NCBI GenBank assembly: GCA_951406725.2
Contig: OX597828.1
Location: 21,390,001-21,454,000 of the forward strand
From: Octopus vulgaris
Lineage: Eukaryota
DNA length: 64,000 nt
Reading direction: 5' to 3'
Below, piece by piece: positions 58,594 to 64,000 of the stretch. Every line of letters starts with the position of its first letter. Position 1 is the stretch's first letter. A program made the translations under genes and the position numbers. The notes below the pieces were generated by a model, which searched no databases, had not been told where the DNA came from, and saw nothing but the letters and a program-made list of their open reading frames with translations.

Positions 58594-58935
58594 GAGGCGC
58601 ATGGCTCAGTGGTTAGAGCGTCGGGTCCACAATCATGAGGTAGTGAGTTCAGTTCCCGGCCTGAGGTGTGTGTTGTGTTCTAAAGCAAGACACTTTACTT
58701 CATGTTGCTCCAGTTCACTCAGCTGTAGAAATGAGTTGTGACATCACTGGTGCCAAGCTGTATCAGTCTTTGCCTTTCCCTTGGATGACATTGGTGGGGC
58801 GAAGAAGGGAGGCTGGTATGCATGGGCGACTGCTGGTCTTCCTTAAACAACCATACTCGGATTTATACCTCGGAGGGGATCTTTCTAGTTGCAATCACGT
58901 GGTTATTCATGACCGAAGCGGGGTCTTTACCCTTA
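58594..58935 (+). mobile_element. SINE family D, full length (tRNA head plus CORE-like domain)
   Basis: A-box TGGCTCAGTGG, B-box GAGTTCAGTTCC, and GCAAGACACTTTA. TSD AGACATGCA(A/T)GT at 58582-58593 and 58936-58947. Confidence 0.9.
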
Positions 58936-59519
58936 AGACATGCATGTACTTTGTCAAACCTAAATATGTTGAACAATAATAAAAAAAAAAAAGTGAATCA
59001 TCAATCACAAGTGTACTTTCGAACAAGAAAACCCTAGATATGAATCATTTTCCCGAAAGAACAAAAGCCAGGCTGTATTTTGTTCACAAGACAAGATAAG
59101 CTTCTACGAGCGGTCGCAGAGGTAGCTGCTTTGCCAGCGCCATAGGAAATCTCCTTTTTCCATCTGCAAAAAGATTAGAAATTATAAACACACTTCGTAG
59201 ATACTTTGAGTGATACGCCCTTTATGTGTCTTCTATAAACGAAAGACACAAACCAAAATCGTAGGTGCTAAGTAAAACATCCGGAAACTTCTTACTCCAG
59301 TCTCATCCATCGGAAGTAATGAGTGTCATTCAGCATAACAGTTAAAATGGCGAAAATTAAATCAACAGGAAGACATTCGTCAAAGCAGCTCCATCTCATT
59401 CACTTAGAAGAAAGGAAAACGGACGGAGGGTAAAGAAGTTAGGTAGAAATTACGGTGTTTTTTATCATTCTCTCTTTCGTCGTAATCTGCAGAATTATTT
59501 AGCGTTTTCCTGCGATTTA

Positions 59520-60067
59520 CGAGGGGATGCTAGCTTTGGGTAAAAGAAAGCGGAGGAGGATCAGTTACTCTTTTATTTGTTTCAGTCATTTGACTGTGAC
59601 CATGCTGGAGTACTGCCTTTAGTCGAGCAAATCGACCCCAGGACTTTGTAAACCTAGTACTTATTCTATCGCAGCATCAGTTATCAAGCGATGTTCAGGG
59701 GACAAACACAGACACACAAACATATACACACACGTACATAGATGTATACACGACGGGCTTCTTTCAGTTTCCGCCTACCAAATCTACTCACAAGGCTTTA
59801 GTAGAAGACACCTGCCCAAGGTGCCACGCAGTGGAGCTGAAACCGGGGACCATGTGGTTGGTAAGCAAGCTACTTACCACACAGCCACTCCTACGCCTTT
59901 AAGGTAATTATCATTTTACTCAACATATCCTCATCTCAGATTCACACTTATTGCAGCGGTTCTTCAGCTTTTCTGAACCCTGTAAAACAACTCGGAAGTT
60001 TGGGCCTCCAGTTAGGCCTTTTCGTGACACTTTTAAAGCCAGGACATTTTCAGATCCCCACCCCTCG
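59520..60067 (-). mobile_element. mariner-derived MITE with a nested SINE B
   Basis: Ends are TA|CGAGGGG ... CCCCTCG|TA. The minus peptide EKLKNRCNKC..GYVE* (mariner C-terminus) lies at ~59915-59975. Confidence 0.75.
59566..59898 (-). mobile_element. SINE family B with internal deletions
   Basis: Tail GTTTCAGTCATTTGACTG..CATGCTGGAG and head CTTACCACACAGCCACTCCTACGCC. Confidence 0.9.
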
Positions 60068-60331
60068 TATATATATAATGTATCTGGTTATTATTGATGT
60101 GACTTTATATATCGCTCATTTTCCCTTACCACCTTTATATAAAGAATTCAGTAAAAAGGCTCTCTGGTAGTCAGCTCATGATCTTCTTTGCCCTTCCGCA
60201 GCGACCGCTTGCATTTTCGCTGAACTGTAATTCATCTTTCTGGCTATATTAATCTGTCCTTCTTAATTACGTACTCCACTCTTTCCCTTCTCTTTTATCT
60301 GCCACTTTTACTCCCCCTCCTACTACTACTA

Positions 60332-60362
<31 letters not shown>

Positions 60363-60499
60363 CCCTAGTTTTAGTAGTGTTTCATCGCTCACAGCCCCCC
60401 CAACCCTGGTACCACCATCATCTTTACCACCGCCAAAAAGAGAACAGCGTCACCAACTCACCAACATCACAACTACAATTACCACTGTCACTGCCAAGG

Positions 60500-60993
60500 T
60501 CACCGCCGCCATTGCCGCCGTCACGGCCATCGCCACCGCCATCACCACCATCGTCACAGCCGCCAACACCGCCTCTTTCACCGCCATCGCCGCCGTTATC
60601 ACATGGCCGCCATCGCCCCCACCACCACCGCCGGCACCACCGCCAACGCTTCCACCGTTGCCGCCGCCATTACCATCTTACCATCACCACTGTCACCAAC
60701 ACCGCCATTGCTTCCGCGATCAACACCATCGCGGCCGCCGTCGCCGCCACCATCGCGGCCGCCGTCGCCGCCACCATCGCAATCGCCGCCGCCACCGCAA
60801 TAGCCGTCGCCACCGCAATAGCCGCCGCCATCGCAATCGCCGCCGCCGTTGCTGCTGCTGCTGCTACCAACGCCATTCTTATGTATTCATTAGATTATTT
60901 ACCATTTTAATCTAATGGCCGCCATTGTTAGCGAATTAACACTTCTCCACCTTCACCTTGGCCGCCACCTTCATATTTCCCTCACTATTTCAC

Positions 60994-61047
<54 letters not shown>

Positions 61048-61903
61048 TCCAATTTAACCTTCCCGCCACTGTTATTATTCTCTCTATTCAAAGAATGCTT
61101 TATAACATGGAAATTTGCCATTCAAGACTTCCATTTTGTTTTCTTCTCGAAAAAGAAAGAAAAAAAATCTCGACTACATTAGCTTGTTGTTGTTGTTGCT
61201 ATTGCTGCAGAAGTTTCTGTTGTTGCTGCTGTTGTTGTTGTTGTTTCTGCTGTTGCTGCTGCTGCTCTCGTGTTCCTGTTGTTGTTGTTTCTGCTGTTGC
61301 TGCTGCTGCTCTCGTTGTTCCTGTTGTTCTTGTTGTTGTTGCTGCTGTTGTTGTTACTGTTGTTGCTGCTGTTGTTGTTGTTGTTTCTGCTGCTGCTGCT
61401 GCTCTCGTGTTCCTGTTGTTGTTTCTGTTGTTGTGTTGCTGTTGTTGTTACTGTTGTTGCTGTTGTTGCTCTTGTTGTTACTGCTGCCCTCGTTGTTCCT
61501 GTTGTTCTTGTTGTTGTTGTCGATGTTGTCGTTGCTGCTGCTGCTGCCGCAGTTGTTCTTGCTGCTGCTGTAGTTGTTGCTGTTGTTGCTACTGTTGCAG
61601 TTGTTGTTGTTGTTGTTGTTGGTTTATGGTAGTAGTAGAAGTAGTAATAGTAATTCTTGCATCTCCTCTTATTTTTGTTGTTCATCTTGCTGTTTTTGTT
61701 GTTTTTGTTGTTGTTGTTGTTGTTGTTCTAGTTGTTTTAGTAGTAGTAGTAGTAGTAGGTTTTGTTGCTTATTTGGAAGGTGTAGTCATAGTAGTAATAG
61801 TTTTAGTAGTAGTAGAAGTAGTAGTAGGTGCTCTCGCTGCTCTAATTGTTATTGCATTTGTAGCTTGTGTTGTTGTTCCTAGCAGTAGTAGTAGTAATAA
61901 TAA

Positions 61904-61945
<42 letters not shown>

Positions 61946-62020
61946 AAGTAGTAGTAATAGTAGTTGTAGTAGCAGTAGCAGTAGTAGTAGTAATAGTAGT
62001 AGCAGCAGTTGTTGTTACTG
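60500..62020. repeat. (GCC/CAC)n, (TAC)n, (GTT/GCT)n and (GTA)n low-complexity tracts
   Basis: Seen directly in the sequence. Confidence 0.92.
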
Positions 62021-62091
62021 ACTCCATTAATACCGTTAGTTTTAGTGTTGTTTTGTCTGTAACAGTGTTGTTGTTGTTGTTGTTAACGAGG

Positions 62092-62287
62092 TTACTCTTT
62101 ACTCACTTTTACTTGCTTCAGTCATTTGACTGCGGCCATGCTGGAGCACCGCCTTTAGTTGAGCAAAAGCGACCTCAGGACTTACTCTTTGTAAGCCTAG
62201 TACTTATTCTATCGAACCCTTTTGCCGAGCTGCTAAGTTACGGGCGACGTAAACATACCAGCATCGGTTGTGAAGCAATGTTGGGGG
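62092..62287 (-). mobile_element. SINE family B 3' half
   Basis: TTCAGTCATTTGACTGCGGCCATGCTGGAGCACCGCCTTTAG..CCAGCATCGGTTG. Confidence 0.88.
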
Positions 62288-62828
62288 TGGGGGGTGGGGG
62301 ATAAGAGTGAATATTTATTTTATGAGTGCTGTGTATTAAGTCTATAAAAACTGCATAAAGTATATAAAGTGTATATATAACGTGCATCAAGTAATCATCG
62401 CATTCCAGTTTTTTTCAGTTTTCAATGATTAGCAGATGAGCGACTACCTGTCCATACAGACACACCACAGGCTACACTTTCAGGATTTTTGGGATAAAGT
62501 TTTCAGAAATAACCCGACAGATTTACCATTAATTCCGTGAAATATTCACGGGTCCTGCTAGTCATTATTATTGTTATTATTGTTTTACTTCTCAGAGCTC
62601 TCGGCCTTGTTGACTCTGGTAGATTATGTTTGAAGAGACTGCAGCCTGCTGTCAGAGGTCTCACGGTGTCTCTTTCTGCACCTTATAAGCTTTGATACTT
62701 GGTTGTTAATTATCGTGGAAGACATTCAACATCCAAGGACCAATTCTATATTTAAGAGAGGAGGAATCATGTACATTATTTACATTATTTACATTTGACG
62801 GATATTTGTCCTCATCCTGTTTGTTGTC

Positions 62829-62874
62829 AGCACAACGTTTCGGTTGATATACCCTCCAGCTTTCATCAGGTGAC
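62829..62874 (-). ncRNA. Minimal type-I hammerhead motif (left arm)
   Basis: The minus strand reads GTCAC-CTGATGA-aagctggagggtatatcaacc-GAAA-CG-TT-GTGCT, with palindrome AACGTT. Confidence 0.75.
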
Positions 62875-62991
62875 TTGGGGAAATTTCGAATCTGGGCATA
62901 TGGCGTAGTGGTTAAGAGCAGGGGCTAGAAACCCCAATATTCCGAGTTCGATTCTAGGCAGTGACCTGAATAATAATGATAATAACAACAG

Positions 62992-63022
<31 letters not shown>

Positions 63023-63085
63023 AACAACAACAATAACAACAACAACAATAACAAAAACAACTACAACAATAACAACAACAACAAC

Positions 63086-63147
<62 letters not shown>

Positions 63148-63149
63148 TG

Positions 63150-63221
<72 letters not shown>

Positions 63222-63268
63222 TCGAAAAATACCTTAGGAATGAGAAGCCAGGTTCGAATTTTCCCCAA

Positions 63269-63314
63269 GACACTTGATGAAGGCCGGAGGGCGTATCAGC
63301 CGAAACGATGTGTC
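63269..63314 (+). ncRNA. Minimal type-I hammerhead motif (right arm, C3 mutated to T)
   Basis: GACAC-TTGATGA-aGGCcG(gagggcgtat)CaGCC-GAAA-CGAT-GTGTC, with a perfect 5-bp stem I. Confidence 0.72.
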
Positions 63315-63369
63315 AATGACAAACAAGATGAGGACAAATATCCGTTAAATGTAAATAATGCAAATAATA

Positions 63370-64000
63370 TCCAAGTAACAATCTTAAAATCTCAGCTGTC
63401 CCTAGCAGGGCAGTTTCGGGAGCTTGCTCTGCTCTCATGTGAATTCCATTTTCTTTGGCATATCTCTCGAACTTGGTTTTTAGTGCCCCTGAGTGCCCCT
63501 ACAACTACTGGAATGACAGACACTCTCCTCATAGTCCACATTCTTGCAATTTCGTCTTTCACTAGTCTGTACTATTCCATCTTTTCTAGTTCTTTGTCAT
63601 TTTTGTGTGCATCCTTAGGTATTACAATATTTTAAATCTTGATTTCCTTTTTTCATTTATCTACCAAAGCAAAATCTGATCTCCGAGTATCGATTAGAGA
63701 GTTACATTAGACTGTAAAATCTCACGGTGTGTCTCTTATATTCCTCGTTCTCGGTAACTCCTGGTTCATGTTCCTACCATTTCCGTTCTCTGTCCAGGCC
63801 ATATTTTTCACATAGCCTCCAGAGTGCGAACTTAGCCACGTTATCGTGCCTCCTTTTGTAGTGCTTTTGAGCAAGGTTGCTACACTCACTCATAATATGT
63901 GAAATTGTTTCGTCTTTGCTGCAACACATCCTAGAAAGGGGCGAATCGTTGCTCTTATCTATCTGGAAATTAGTGTAATTAGTTCTTAGAGCTTGTTCCA
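63370..64000 (-). pseudogene. R4/Dong-like non-LTR retrotransposon fragment (CCHC knuckle plus RLE domain)
   Basis: Peptides ETISHIMSECSNLAQKHYKRRHDNVA, TRRSDFALVD and KELEK..Y..EIARMW..VIPVVVGAL, with several stops. It runs off the end of the window. Confidence 0.87.

Larger units (their letters stand above)
62770..63368 (+). mobile_element. Non-coding element: inverted tail copy + tRNA-like head + (AAC)n(AAT)n + hammerhead-bearing tail
   Basis: 62770-62896 is the reverse complement of 63248-63368. A-box TGGCGTAGTGG is at 62901-62911 and B-box GAGTTCGATTC at 62944-62954. Both arms carry a hammerhead motif. Confidence 0.85.

Noticed and set aside
62894-62965. Functional tRNA gene (also 53028, 58594, 49163, 54363)
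   Set aside because: A and B boxes are present, but acceptor stems are poor and each runs into a repeat body, so they are treated as SINE heads.

Overview
This is eukaryotic, AT-rich, repeat-saturated intergenic or intronic DNA. The SINE families and extreme microsatellite load look like an Octopus (cephalopod) genome; that is my recognition from memory, not a database result. I cannot support any intact host gene, and almost all ORFs in the supplied track are microsatellite artefacts. The real content is nested mobile DNA: a decayed Tc1, mariner and DD37D-like fragments, a hAT MITE, a non-autonomous Helitron, four tRNA-derived SINE families, a CR1-like LINE with its RT deleted, R4/Dong-like RLE fragments and several Penelope-like element (PLE) remnants. 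The most interesting signal is about ten minimal type-I hammerhead-ribozyme motifs whose 3/8 core positions covary (C-G or U-A). One sits in a non-coding element at 62.77-63.37 kb built as tRNA/Pol III head + microsatellite + hammerhead tail, with a PLE-style inverted tail copy; it may be a PLE-mobilised SINE. Two SINE/LINE 3'-tail partnerships are also visible. All coordinates and alignments were read by eye, so allow a few bases of error.
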